The translations under genes and the position numbers were made by a program. Below are positions 1 through 12,869 of a stretch of DNA of 64,000 nucleotides, piece by piece (within the stretch, counting starts at the first letter, position 1; each line of letters starts with the position of its first letter). The DNA is taken from NCBI RefSeq assembly GCF_006345805.1, contig NC_043019.1:8307360-8371359 (forward strand). The letters are read 5' to 3'. The notes beneath the pieces were generated by a model, which worked only from the letters and a program-made list of their open reading frames with translations, had not been told where the DNA came from and did not search any database. The DNA is from Octopus sinensis (lineage: Eukaryota).

Positions 1-580
1 ACGTAGTAGTTGTTGTTGTCGTTGTTTTTATTTCAGTTGTTGCTGTTTTTGTTTCTTTTTTATTGTAGAAAGTTTGTTTAGCTACTTAATCCTGATGAAG
101 GAAAGTAACAATACTGAACGGGCAATCCATTCCTGACCATCACACCGGAGACAGCCCGGGTGCATATTATCTAGTTGTTATTATCCTGATGATTGTTTTT
201 GTCTTTCCTCGCCTAGTGTGTTGTGTGATTGAAAAGAATTCGTTATATATATTCCAAAGTGGTCGACTGACAACACAAATATTTCCCACGATGTTTTTTA
301 ATCACCAGGATGTTCTTGAACAAGACACGGAGTGAATGATATTCCACCCGTGACTACAACCTTTTATTTAGCAGTATATAACACTGCATTAATTTATGTC
401 CCTTAAAGACGTTACAGAAAAGTAGAGCCACATTAAACTGTACTCCCCAGCAAATAAAAGGAGCACATAGCAATGCAAATTCTTGGCTCATTCTTGATCT
501 ATTTACCGTATAATTTACTATCCTCGTTGTCGTCTTCCGCAGATTTTAATCATGCAGACAGATAAAAATAAAACGATTTT

Positions 581-1022
581 GTCTCCTCCAAAATCTGAAG
601 ATGTTATTGGTATAATGGTTGTTGCTTTTATCTGATGTTTATTTAGTACTGTGATGCTAAAACCATTCTGTACAACCAGCCATATCTTGCGACCTCACAT
701 GATTTGAGAACATGTAACAGGCTTTTGCTTGTTTTATATGGTGCCTGTCTTGTCTCGAACAACAATAGTCACTCTCGAGAGCCCCCAGTTTTAAACCAGG
801 GGCATATTAATGATGTGATATTTGGGGAGAGAGGACAAAGACAGAAATAAATAGACAGGCACCATATAAAACAAGCAAAAGTCTGTTACATGTTCCCAAA
901 TCACGTGAGGTCGCAAGATACGGCTGGTTCTACAGAATGGTTTTAGCATCACAGTACTAAATAAACATCAGATAAAAACAACAACCATTATACCAATAAC
1001 ACTTTCAAATTTTGGTGGAGAC
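581..1022. repeat. Long inverted repeat (fold-back): 170-bp arms 581-750 and 853-1022, ~100-bp spacer
   Basis: Manual reverse-complement alignment gives 10 mismatches in 170 bp and no indels (e.g. GTACTGTGATGCTAAAACCATTCTG vs CAGAATGGTTTTAGCATCACAGTAC). Confidence 0.95.
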
Positions 1023-1880
1023 TCTTTTTGTTTTATTATTTATATGACATTCCTTCTGGCACTTCCATCGATTCCATCGTCAGGCCAGGAATCAAAATGT
1101 TTGCGACAGAATATAAGGAGGTGTATCAAAATAGCAAAACTATTTTCCCCACAGCGTAATGTTAAACGATTCTTTACTGACAATAAGGTGCAAAATTCAA
1201 TGTAAACTATTCGCTACAAATTAAATGCATATCAATTAACTCTCACCGCGCAAAACAAACGGACTTACAAGATCTGAATTGTAAATTGCAAATATATCTT
1301 CCAAAAGCCATGTTAACCTCGCTGAGAGAACATAGACGTTACGAAGTAAGTAGGTCGAAAGGTTTATCGTGCCTCAGAGAGATAATACTGGTTGTTTGCA
1401 CAATGATTTCATATAAACATTATGCAACAGATTATCTACGAATAGAGGGAAGAAACAAGTGAAGAAGACTCATTGTTCGTGCAGGCATTCATATGCAAAC
1501 TGCACAGAATAGTAGAATATATTTCAATCTGTTCGGAATTGCATTGAATGATAGGGATACACCATCAACCAATGTCTGGAAAGAATATGTGTATTCTTTC
1601 CCTGATGAAGGTCTACCAAGTCCGCAAAAGAGTCACAGAGATTTCCAATAAATTGTTTAAAAGTAGGAAGATGTAACCTAAAGTGTGAAAGCCCTCTACA
1701 TTTTAAACTGCAAAGCTGTTAGAAATTTATACTTGCATGTCTAAATGCACCACATACCTACAAATATACAAATGCACATGTACACATATATTTGCACACA
1801 CACACACGCACATAAATATATACACATACTAGACTACCGGAAAAAGTGGGGTCACTGACGGTTCTAGTTATATAATATTC

Positions 1881-2086
1881 TTTTCTACTCTAGGCACAAA
1901 GCCCGGAATTTGGGGGAAGGGGGTGAGTCGATTAGATCGACCCCAGTGCGCAACTGGTACTTAATTTATCGACCACGAAAGAATGAAAATCAAAGTCGAC
2001 CGCGGCGGAATTTGAACGCGGAACGTAAAGACAGACGAAATACCCCTAAGCATTTCGCCCAGCGTGCTAGTTTCTGCCAGCTCTCC
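1881..2086 (-). mobile_element. tRNA-derived SINE, family A
   Basis: Reverse complement carries the A-family head, B-box-like GTTCAAATTCCGCC, GTCGACTTT core and CTGGGGTCGATCTAATCGAC; homologous to 11999, 16786 and 57219. Confidence 0.9.
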
Positions 2087-2244
2087 ATGGCTTCTGGTTA
2101 TAAAACGTTGAAGCTGATTTCAGCATTGCAATGAAATGAATGTGAATTTTTTGATGATTCAGCTAAATAATTCAATTCATGCGTATCATCCTAGGTCTGG
2201 TTTACAAGTTCATGTTTAAGCTTTTTTTGATTATTTACAGCATC

Positions 2245-2436
2245 TAATGGAAAAATAACTTCCGGGATAAACTTAAGCTCCAGTTACAGCTTGTATTTAT
2301 GGCGTACGAGCACACTTCTTCAGAAATTCCAAAGGAATCGTTATATAGAGTAAACATAAGAGTAATGGAAACAATTTTCCCAGTAATATATATTCCAATG
2401 TTAGGGTTATGTTACTTTCGGAGTATTTTTCCATTA
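2245..2436. repeat. Short imperfect terminal inverted repeat pair, possible MITE remnant
   Basis: TAATGGAAAAATAACTTCCG (2245) is the reverse complement of CGGAGTATTTTTCCATTA (ends 2436); the interior is not palindromic. Confidence 0.4.
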
Positions 2437-2544
2437 TGCGCCGGATTGGCTGCCTTAAATTACATACAAGCATGCAAGCAAACAATCACAGAGATTTAGT
2501 AGATGTAGTGTATATATATATATATATATATCGGTAGCCATACA

Positions 2545-2700
2545 CACATATTTTTCTCTCCTTGTTTTTCTCTGTGCCCCCTTCTGTAGAAGAGCGTTGG
2601 CTCGAAACGCAAAAGAAATTTTCAATTCCTGAGCGTAATACTAATACATTTTTTTGTTTTCTACACCACCTGTCTTCGTCATTTGTGTTTTTCTTGAACT
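2545..2700 (+). mobile_element. Penelope-like element 3'-terminal fragment
   Basis: GAAGAGCGTTGGCTCGAAACG motif followed by CTAATACA...CACCTGTCTTCGTC; a second copy lies at 10615-10768. The motif resembles PLE 3' ends. Confidence 0.6.
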
Positions 2701-2715
2701 TACCCTATATATATA

Positions 2716-2764
<49 letters not shown>

Positions 2765-2914
2765 ATTATACGTATATATAATTGTGTGTAAGTGCGTGTC
2801 ATTGGGGATAATAGGCGGGAGAGGATAGACTAACATACACTATGAAAGCTAAATTTCTCAAGACTTACACTACCTTGAATAAAGTCCACAAATCTATCAT
2901 ATTTTAGTGATACC

Positions 2915-3100
2915 ATTTGTTACGACTCGTTACAAGCGGCCTTCATGACAGGAATTGTGGAATGGAAGAGGAGAAGACAGCGAGAAATAGGTTTGCAGAC
3001 TGATGACATCAAAAAGTGGAATTGAAGCGGGAGCATGACCAGCTGCATGGATGCGATTCAAGTGGAGAATATTGGGAAACCTGTCCCTGGACACAAGAAA
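2915..3100 (+). mobile_element. RTE-clade LINE C-terminal remnant
   Basis: Translates as AAFMTGIVEWKRRRQR...QTDDIKKW...SMTSCMDA..(D)REYW with frameshift/stop, matching the RTE tail pattern G.VEGKRRRGR..RW.DDIK.W......A.DR..W. Confidence 0.6.
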
Positions 3101-3239
3101 TATACTGTTTGATAATGATTCTATATTGGGATACTGTAATGAATCTGCATATGGATTCAAATACATAGATATAAAAAATATATATCCATTCAATATATAA
3201 TAACACAGCACCTGCACTCAGTATGAGGCTGTCTTCTTC

Positions 3240-3440
3240 GTCATCAGCAGAATGATCATCGCCACCAAAAAGCATCAGCGTCGACATCCTCCCTAACTTA
3301 ACATCACCATCTTTATCAACATCATCATCATCGTCACCATCACCACGCCAACCACCACCACCATCATCATCATCATCATCGCCACCACCAATACCACTAC
3401 TAACACCACCACCACGACCACCACCATCATCACCACTACC

Positions 3441-3474
<34 letters not shown>

Positions 3475-3535
3475 TCACCACTACCACCACCATCATCATC
3501 ATCGTTCGACGTCGTTGTTGTAGTCATCATCATGA
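3240..3535. repeat. Compound (CAT)n/(CAC)n microsatellite
   Basis: Direct reading; source of the poly-D/G and poly-M/V ORFs. Confidence 0.95.
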
Positions 3536-4031
3536 TTGACATATAAACCCCAAATTAAAATCTGACAGAAGTACAAATCTTAGAAGAAGAATATGGCAAA
3601 GGAAAACATATAAAACTATATACACATATACACCTACCTAGATATATATATATATATATATATACATAGAAACACACATGTACACACACACATATAAACA
3701 TGTTCGCACATGCATATATGCTAATATATGTTTGTAGTTGTGTATGTATATGAGTGTCTGTTTACGTGCGTGTGCATCCAAGCACACACACACACATGAA
3801 CACGCGTGCACGCACACTCAATCGTATGCATTTCTGTTGAAATGTCTTGGCTGCATTCACAGACAGACTTACAGATGCACACGCACGAACACTCCAAAAA
3901 TCCTGCATGCAAAACGCAATGGCATGCACACATGTACTGCAAGCTATATGTGCACAAATGTCTGTGCGTGTGAGTGTACACACATATACGCATTTACATG
4001 TGTGTACGCATAAACATACACACACACACAC

Positions 4032-4085
<54 letters not shown>

Positions 4086-4579
4086 CATATATAATATATA
4101 TAACATATATAACATATATAATATATATATGTATGTATGTTGATATAAAGATATATACATATATATAAAAATATACATACGCGAGAGAGAGAGAGAGAGA
4201 GAGAGACGACATACGTGTACATATACATACATACATGCTGACGTATTTCAGAGTCTTTGTGGAAGTATGTGTGTGCTTGTGTGATATAAAACAAATAGTG
4301 CTTAACCAAGTTGACTAAAACAATTACAGAACGTGAAAGAAGCCACAAAACACACAAATCCTATACAAATCCAATTAGATTCATCTAAATTGAATACAGA
4401 TTATTTTCACAGCTGGAGTTCCACCCTATTCATACTGTTCTTATTGTCGTTGTTTTCATCTTCTTTTCTATCATTACCCTCATCATCATCATCATCATCA
4501 TGTACGTCGTTGTCATCATCACCGCCATCACCTCGTCCAACACCGCCACCAACAACAACATTATCATTAGCACAATCAA

Positions 4580-4612
<33 letters not shown>

Positions 4613-4739
4613 TATTGTTATTATTGAGTTCATTATGTTTTGTAAATTAAATATATTTGCGTACTTTGATTATTTTTTTTACCAGATGTGATATATTTTC
4701 AATTTTCAGTATGTGTGCGAGCTTATATGTGTGTGCATC

Positions 4740-5100
<361 letters not shown>

Positions 5101-5999
5101 TATATGTATATCTATATACGTATATACATATTTTTAATTCCATTATCTTATTCTATCGTCTAGATGTTCTTTTTTTAAAATTCTTTATTTGTTGATGTTA
5201 TTACTCCCCAAACTATATTTATAGACACATATACCTACACCGTGTATATATATATATGAATATATATATATATATATATATCACTATAAATATATATACA
5301 TACTTGGGTGTATAAATATATATGCATATATAAAATATCTATATCTATATATATATATGTGTGTCTATATACATATAAACACATACGTACATACATACAT
5401 ACCTATATCCATACATATATTCATGCGCATATGTATACGTAGATAGAAAGATAGATATGTGCACGCACGCAATTTTATATATAAACATAAACACACATCA
5501 TACACTTCTGCGTGAGATCATGTGTACTTGCGAGTATATTCGAATGGATATGCACATATGTTGTTTCCTGCTCTTTCGGTTGTTTTATTGAACAGTGACT
5601 ACAGGGTAACACTACCTTCAAAATATTTGTATATACGATGAAACCACACGCAGAATATACTGTGTTTTAAAATCTCATTCTTTTTCACCCACAACTACTT
5701 CGTAACGTTGATAGAAACATATTGATACCGTGGCCAATCGGTCGAAACAGAGATGGTCACAAAATGCCTCGTTCCAACTCGCAACTGCATTTTACGTAAT
5801 TGCATCGCTCGTATTTTCTTTAGAACTTATGCAGCATAAATATGGCTGTTTTGGTTGCGATAGGGTAATGCATTGCATTTTCTCTAGCAACTTTGACTTG
5901 GTCAGGTGTTAGACCAGCCATCTTGGTTTTAAATCTCATGTTAAGTATATATGTTGCATGTATGTATATATTTTTAGAGCGTTAGTATACACAGTTAAT

Positions 6000-6990
6000 C
6001 GTAATTCTCTTCAATTTCGGATAAATTAGAGATTCTGATCGAAATAGCGGTAACGATGCTATTTATAAAGAACTTGAGTGGTTGGGCAAGGGCACTGGAG
6101 GTGTTCTTCTGATGGAAGTTCTGATACACCTAAGGTCAGTGATGCCAGTATGTTTCTCCCACCGGGTGTATCGAACCCCAGTATTGAGAGATGTGAAGGA
6201 GTGAATATGGGAAACCAGACAAGTACTGTTAGTGGCAGAAATAAGGTTAGGGATGGCCCTGGGAAATCATCTAATCCTAGAAACCCTCGATTATGTCCCA
6301 TTGACGGGTTCTGTCTAATTACCTATGCAGTGTATAAATGCGTTGTTAAGGATAAGGATAATTTGAATAAGTTTTATATAAGTAGTACGGTAAATTTTAA
6401 GGCTAGGTTTAGGGCCCACATGAGCTGGTTCTCAAACGAAAGATACTGCAGCTCTACCACACTACCATCTTGTTTACACGATCCAAAGAAGAAGAATAAG
6501 AATTATTCTATTTACAAGATCTAAAAAATAAAAGAATAATAAGAGTTAATCTCTGGAATGGTCCATTATTTCGAGAGCCCCTTGCTTCAGAGTAAATATA
6601 AATAAGGGTAAGTTGCTATCCTTAAGCCTTTTAGGTCAAAAATAGATTTACTGAGGTGATCCCATTTCGCAAGCATGGGTTTGCTTCCACCTTTTTTGAA
6701 GGTATATAGAAATAAAAAGAAATGTAATAAAATTGCTTAACGTTACGGGGATTTGAAACCGGCAAGGCTGAATTTATGTTAACTACAGCCACCTGAATGT
6801 TTAGCAATTTGGACTCGTCCGCTGATGGGTTCTTCTGAAATTTTATAATCATTTCATTAACAGGTGTAAGCTTTTCATAAAAGTTGATCTGTGTATGTTT
6901 CATATTTATCCTGACGTGGGGGTCATCGCTGTGAAGCCCTTTCGAGTAAATGAACTACGGTGGTCCCGAAATGGCGAAAGATATATGTGA
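6000..6990 (+). mobile_element. Penelope-like element fragment: decayed GIY-YIG endonuclease (~6270-6720) plus 3' UTR
   Basis: CPIDGFCLITYAVYKCVV...KFYISSTVNFKARFRAHMSWFSNERY.SSTTL, then W.II.RAP and EVI.FRKH in shifted frames, fits the PLE GIY-YIG pattern CPL.G.CL....VYK....YIG.T..FK.R...H..SF....ST.L. Confidence 0.85.
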
Positions 6991-7669
6991 TTGTTTAATT
7001 TCATCGGTGATATCTGTTTATTGTGAACTTTGAACGAACCTGTTTGAGGGGAGTACAAGACTTTTGTCAAGATGTACGTGAATTTGATCAGTGGAATCCT
7101 GTTTACTTATGAACCTTGGATGTACCTGTGTGAGGTAAGTAAAAGACTGTTTCATATATATTTTTTTAATTTTCAAGTAATATTTTTAAAAAATTAATCG
7201 TCAGATAAAATCTTTTTAGTCAGTGGACACATTTTATTTTATCTTTATTTTATATTTGTCTTTGAGGCTTTTGATAGTTTTGAATTTTTAGTTTTGAATT
7301 TTTAGTCGTTATATCTAACTTTTGATAAACCGTTCTATTTGTATTTTATTCGATTATATATTTTTACATTCTGTGATTTTATGTATACGTATTATTTTTT
7401 ATGTCTTTGTATACCATGGTGGTCTTTTTTTCATTTATCATAAAGAGGGGTGGTGTTGTATGTAAAGTCGTTGACCTCAAATTGTTTGATCTCTAACTAA
7501 TGCATCTTTAGCTTCGTCTCATATTTGAGCACTTCTTTTGCACTCCTATAAACCCTTTTGTTTCTATAATAAGAGACAAATATTATTCTTGTAAGTATGT
7601 ATATATTTATATATAGATAGTTACATATGTATACATACATAAATATACACACATATATACCGATCTATA

Positions 7670-7906
7670 TGTGGGTGTGTTTATTTGTGTGTTCGCGTCT
7701 CTGTTTGTCCCCACCCATATCACCGCTTGACAACCAGTCTTGGTGTATTTCTGAACCCGTAATAACGGTTCCAAAAATATAACAGCTAGATTAAGATCTA
7801 GGCTTCAATAAAGAAGACCTAGAGTCGAATTTTTTCGAATAAATCTATTCAAAGCAGTGCTGCAGCAGAGCCACAGTTAACCGAAACAACAATAAAGATA
7901 AAAGAT
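7670..7906 (+). mobile_element. SINE family B, 3' part (diverged)
   Basis: TGTTTGTCCCC...CGCTTGACAACC...GTAATAACGGTTC... and an AAAGATAAAAGATA tail; homologous to 14860-15067. Confidence 0.75.
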
Positions 7907-7910
7907 ACAG

Positions 7911-7982
<72 letters not shown>

Positions 7983-8951
7983 GAAGATACTTACGTATAA
8001 ATGTATGCAAGCATTTCTAAATATATTTCATTAGAACAAGTTATATTTTCGTTTCCTTTCTTTTGATTTTCGAAAATCAAAATGTATTGTTTTTTATGGA
8101 AACTACTTGCAAAAGTGTTCAGGCATTTTCATTAAACATCTGAACCCCAACAAATTAGATACGCATGCGCAAATATATGTGCGTTGGTATGCGTGTATGT
8201 ATCTATTTACAGACCCGTGCATCTCTCTCCCTACAACTCTGTCGCTCAGTGTATATATATATATATATATATATTTAGAGAGAGAGAGAGAGAGAGAAAG
8301 AGTAATCACGTAACAATACTGTATATAAATATATATATACACGCATTCTTCAACCGGTTACATTGAAAGAAAATGTTCCATGCGTGTTATAGTGAATAGC
8401 TATTGAATTCGTTCTTTTGATGTCCTTTCCGATTGTCAGGATATCCCTATGTTTTGCGTCTTCTTACAGTAGAGAGTGAAAAAGAAAACAAAAAAAAAAA
8501 TAACACACGAGATCAACCATTTTCGTTTCTTGTATTTTACCCTATTTTATACTCTGAAGAAGCGGAAATGGTTTTAGCACACAGCTTTCAGGAATTTTGT
8601 GATTCCCTCCTTCCCTGCCACCCACTCCGATACTCATCCTCTCTATACATACAGACATGAAAACATACCCGAACTCACAAATTCGCAGACACACACACAC
8701 ACACATACACACATATGTGTGGGCACTATATGAAAATGTGTGTATAATCTATGTATATATATATATATATATATATGTATACACACATACTTATATATAC
8801 ATATTTATATTTTATTTAAACGCACCTATGCTTATGTATATATCTATATATGTGTGTGCGTGTATCTATGTATACACACACATGTATATACTACCTTTCT
8901 GAACATAGTGTGTACCATGTACGGTGCCCATAACCACAATGCGTGACCTCA

Positions 8952-9102
8952 CAGGTTTCCAGAGGAGACAATATATTTCAGTGTACAGTTAGTTGGCGAT
9001 CCTGTCACTGGAGCCGCTGAATTATTGTTTCAAGACGTCCATTTCTATAATACCATTGGCATTTCAAAACCAGGGTAATACCGGGTCTGACGAGCACCAC
9101 TC
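8952..9102 (-). other. Candidate minus-strand exon (non-coding or terminal)
   Basis: Very strong acceptor (TTCTCATTCTGTTTTCTTTGTCTTCTGTCCAG) and donor CT|GTGAGG, but all three frames contain stops. Confidence 0.3.
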
Positions 9103-9279
9103 TGGACAGAAGACAAAGAAAACAGAATGAGAACATAGAAACAAGATACGTTCTGTCTCTAGGCCTATCTAAATCCAACATCAAATTTTAGAGCAAGCCT
9201 AAACCATCTTGTAAATCCTTTTCTCAAACAAATGTGTATCTCCTGAGCTACATTATGCTGAAAATCAGAATGCATAATG

Positions 9280-9510
9280 CCACAACAATGTCCGATCGAT
9301 TGGCCGCACTGGATCATTGCATCACACAGGATTTTGCAATTCTCATTTTCGATCAATCCTTCTGGAGTTTGCCCACAACACGTCTTTGTTCTTTGAAGGC
9401 CGTGATTTCCACAGAGTTCCCAATGGACCGTACTTGCCACATTGTTATAATTTATTCTGTATCCGCGTTGTGCCAAAAACCATGGGCCAGATGCAACTTT
9501 ATAATTCCCT
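9280..9510 (-). mobile_element. RLE-type non-LTR retrotransposon fragment (R4/Dong-like)
   Basis: LAQRGY...NNVASTVHWELCGNHGLQRTKT...QTPEGLIENENCKILCDAMIQC then (P)DIVV after a frameshift; this is the region between the zinc knuckle and the RLE. Confidence 0.85.
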
Positions 9511-9716
9511 TGTCATAAAAAAATGTGTTAATCGAGCATATATATGAGTAAATTAACTGAAAGAGCTAATTCAGCAGTGCGATCTACAATACTGAATAAT
9601 CATTTACCATATACCCCCACGTCGTAGTGAGTTTATGTCAAGTGACAACCGAAAGAATCTCTGTGGCCTGTTTCGGGTTTCGAGAAAATAATATCGACAG
9701 ATCTGTGATTTGCGCA

Positions 9717-9834
<118 letters not shown>

Positions 9835-10614
9835 GCACTGCTCCCTGATACAAGGATCGACAAAAATGTGCTTCACTTTGTATAAGATATTAATTGAAGG
9901 ACATAATATATCTTTTTAATTGCTACTAATTGCTACATATGTTGAAACATAGTTTCATCAGGCACAATCAACATATGATACCAATCTAAAAATATTAAAT
10001 AAGAAATGCGAAAAAGCATACAAGGTAGTATATGAAAGACGCGAGATATTTACTTATGTATCTATCCACACACACACACACACACATGTATATGTATGAA
10101 TAGAAATACATGTACATATATGTGTGTGTGTGTACATACGCACATATCCACAGGTATATATATTCCAACATCTTCCCACTCCCCACAGAGTAGCACTGAT
10201 CACTTCTGAGCACCCACACCATTGTCCACACTCCCAAATACAAACTTCAATAGCGTCGTCACACACAATGTTTAACTCAGTACACACACCATACTCCTTC
10301 ATACTCATTCTCACACAAGCAGAGAATACCTGAATACACTATACACATGCACACTATTTGATCACACCACACATACAATTGAAAAAGCGCAGAACAATTG
10401 CCACACAAAACGCTCACATACACACATACATGTTACACACACACGTTATTCTTAATCGCCCTATTCACTCGAACAAACTCACGCAAACCATTCTCACACA
10501 CACGCACATACTCACGCAACTGATTTCGTGGGGCGCACTATTATTATCTCCCTTTCATTCAAGCTCTTATTTTCAAGTCATCCCACCAAGCTGAACTCTC
10601 CAGTACATTTTCAC

Positions 10615-10768
10615 TCACACTTTTTCTCGTTTTTTCACTCTCCATTTTTACCTCTTATTTCTTTCGTTCGAAGAACGTAGGCTCGTAACGTAAAATACAC
10701 TTAAATTTTCTCGTAAGTTAAACTAATACACCTGTTTGTTGTTCTTACACCTGTCTTCGTCCTTTGCA
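10615..10768 (+). mobile_element. Penelope-like element 3'-terminal fragment (second copy)
   Basis: GAAGAACGTAGGCTCGTAACGTAAAA...CTAATACACCTG...CACCTGTCTTCGTC, homologous to 2545-2700. Confidence 0.6.
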
Positions 10769-11937
10769 AAGTTTATCTATCTATCTATCTATGTATCTAT
10801 CTATCTATCTATGTATCTATCTATAAACAAATCGTTGGATGCATAGATAGTATACTATATTTATATAGAGACGAAAAAATGATATATACATATATGTCTG
10901 TGTGAGCTTACGTATATACATGTACATACATGTGTGTGCATATAAGTACATCAGCCTATATGAATATATCTATGAATATTTACATAAGTTCATAAATGAG
11001 TTTATGTGTATGTATGTGTATATATGCATATTTAGAAGCTGAGGTTGAGAAGCAGAGATGACTATATAGCGAGAGGGGAATTTTGAGAGATATTTTGATA
11101 ATTAGATAGGTAGATTGATGAGAGAGTAGAATGACAGAAGAATAGATGCAAGATTAGATATATATTAAACAAATAAATAGGTAGTGAGTGAAAACGTGAG
11201 AAAGTGACAGGCAGACAGATAAGCAGATAGGAATAAGACACAAATACAACAGCGATGGAAGCATAGAATCAAATTCTGTGTTTTTTCCTTGTTTCTAGTT
11301 AGTTAAACAAATATATACTTTGGTGTATGTATGTGCAAATGCATGTGGCTCTGTACGCCTTTACGTATGCATATATGTAATTAAATCTGCATGTAGGTGC
11401 GCGTATGTGTGTGTGTTGGGGTTGTATAAACGCCAATTTTGTGCTTGAGCTGATGCATGCGTATGTGGGTTTGTGTATCTAGGTGTGTTCGTTATTTTCT
11501 TTAGTCTTTGGAGTGGAAGTAATTCCACCCAGAAAATAATGCCTTAAATTAAATCACATCAAAAATACTTATAAATATAATCATTAGAAAAGAAGAAAGA
11601 AAAAAAAACAACAGCAAAGCTTCATAATGGAAATGAGTAAACTTAAGTAAATAGTAAGGAAAAATGTATGACTTTATATGTAATTGTGAATGCCAGATTT
11701 AGTATCAAGTTCTGTGTTTTGCTTTTGTGTTTCCAAGATGGATGGCGTCATTAGAATTCTTTGCAGGATTAAACTTATTCCATTGGATATCTTGGCTTGT
11801 CTACGCGTCTGTCTGTATATTAGTCAGATTCAAAAAGGATATGCCAATTGTGTTGACTTATTCTGTTGCTATTGTTTTGGGGAGCAAGGGATGAGGGGTG
11901 GGAAGCAGATATATTGACAATAGATGTACAGTAGTCG

Positions 11938-11969
<32 letters not shown>

Positions 11970-11998
11970 CATTATTATTATTATTATTATTATTATAT

Positions 11999-12217
11999 AA
12001 GGCGGCGAGCTGACAGAATCGTTAACGCGCCGGACAAAATGCTTAGCCATATTTCTCCCGTCTGCTACGTTCTGAGTTCAAATTTCGACGAAGTCGATTT
12101 TGCTTTCATCTTTTCGGGGTCGATACATTAACTACCAGTTGTGTACTGGGGTGGATCTAATCGGTTGCACCCCTCCCACAAAATTCCAAGCCTTGTGTTT
12201 ATTGTAGAAATGATTAT
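11999..12217 (+). mobile_element. SINE family A, full length
   Basis: AAGGCGGCGAGCTGACAGAATCGTTAAC...GAGTTCAAATT...GGGGTCGATAC...ATGATTATT tail; preceded by (TAT)n. Confidence 0.9.
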
Positions 12218-12229
12218 TTATTGTATTGT

Positions 12230-12551
12230 GAAGGCGTGTGGCGTAGTGGTTAGGGTATTTGTCTGACGATCATAAATATGAGAGTTCAATTCCTGAAAAT
12301 GCGCCGTGCCCTTCAGCAAGTCACTTCATTTTACCCTGTTCCAGTCCACTCAGCTGGCAAAAATGAGTTTTACCTGAAATTCAAAGGGCTAACATCGGTA
12401 CATCTTGTGTCGGATTGAATCACGCTGAAATCTACGCAAAAAGTACGCGTGTCTGTGGAGTACTCGGCCAATTACATGTTAATTTCATTAGCAGCTTGTT
12501 CCGCTGATCGGATTACTGGGAATAATCGTCGTGGTAACTGATCCAATGCCA
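12230..12551 (+). mobile_element. tRNA-derived SINE, family D
   Basis: A-box-like TGGCGTAGTGGTTAG, B-box-like GAGTTCAATTCC, then CCAGTCCACTCAGCTGGCAAAAATGAGT; its 3' half is homologous to the reverse complement of 26855-27030. Confidence 0.85.
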
Positions 12552-12869
12552 GTGAGTCTTTTGGGGTTGGAGTGGAAAGTTACCTTTTCTGTTTGTTTAC
12601 ATTATTTCCTCAGCGAAATTTTCCCCTTTGCATCATCATCATCACCATCATGATCCTCCACCTTATTCTGTTCCTCTTCCTCATCATCATCATTGTTATC
12701 ATCGCCCTACTCATTGTCGCAAACGACATCGTTTTGTTCATCATTACATTCACCTACTCCAGCCCCTTCACCTGCAACACAACCATGACCTTCGCCATCC
12801 ACTCTTCCACTAGGGTTTTTCAAATATTTCTTGTCTGGGATAATTTAATCTTAGAAGTAAAGGAAAGAC

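Noticed and set aside
6631-6903. Minus-strand 90-aa ORF suggesting an inverted PLE N-terminus
   Set aside because: The region is better explained as the plus-strand PLE C-terminus and 3' UTR.
8955-9074. Plus-strand 120-bp open 'exon' FPEETIYFSVQLVGDPVTGAAELLFQDVHFYNTIGISKP
   Set aside because: The acceptor has no pyrimidine tract, the peptide is unrecognised, and the opposite strand has the stronger splice signals.
9070-9125. 5S rRNA-like GGGTAATACCGGGT and hammerhead-like CTGACGAG...GAAA
   Set aside because: The 5S match is only about 14 nt, and no stem II or stem I can be formed.
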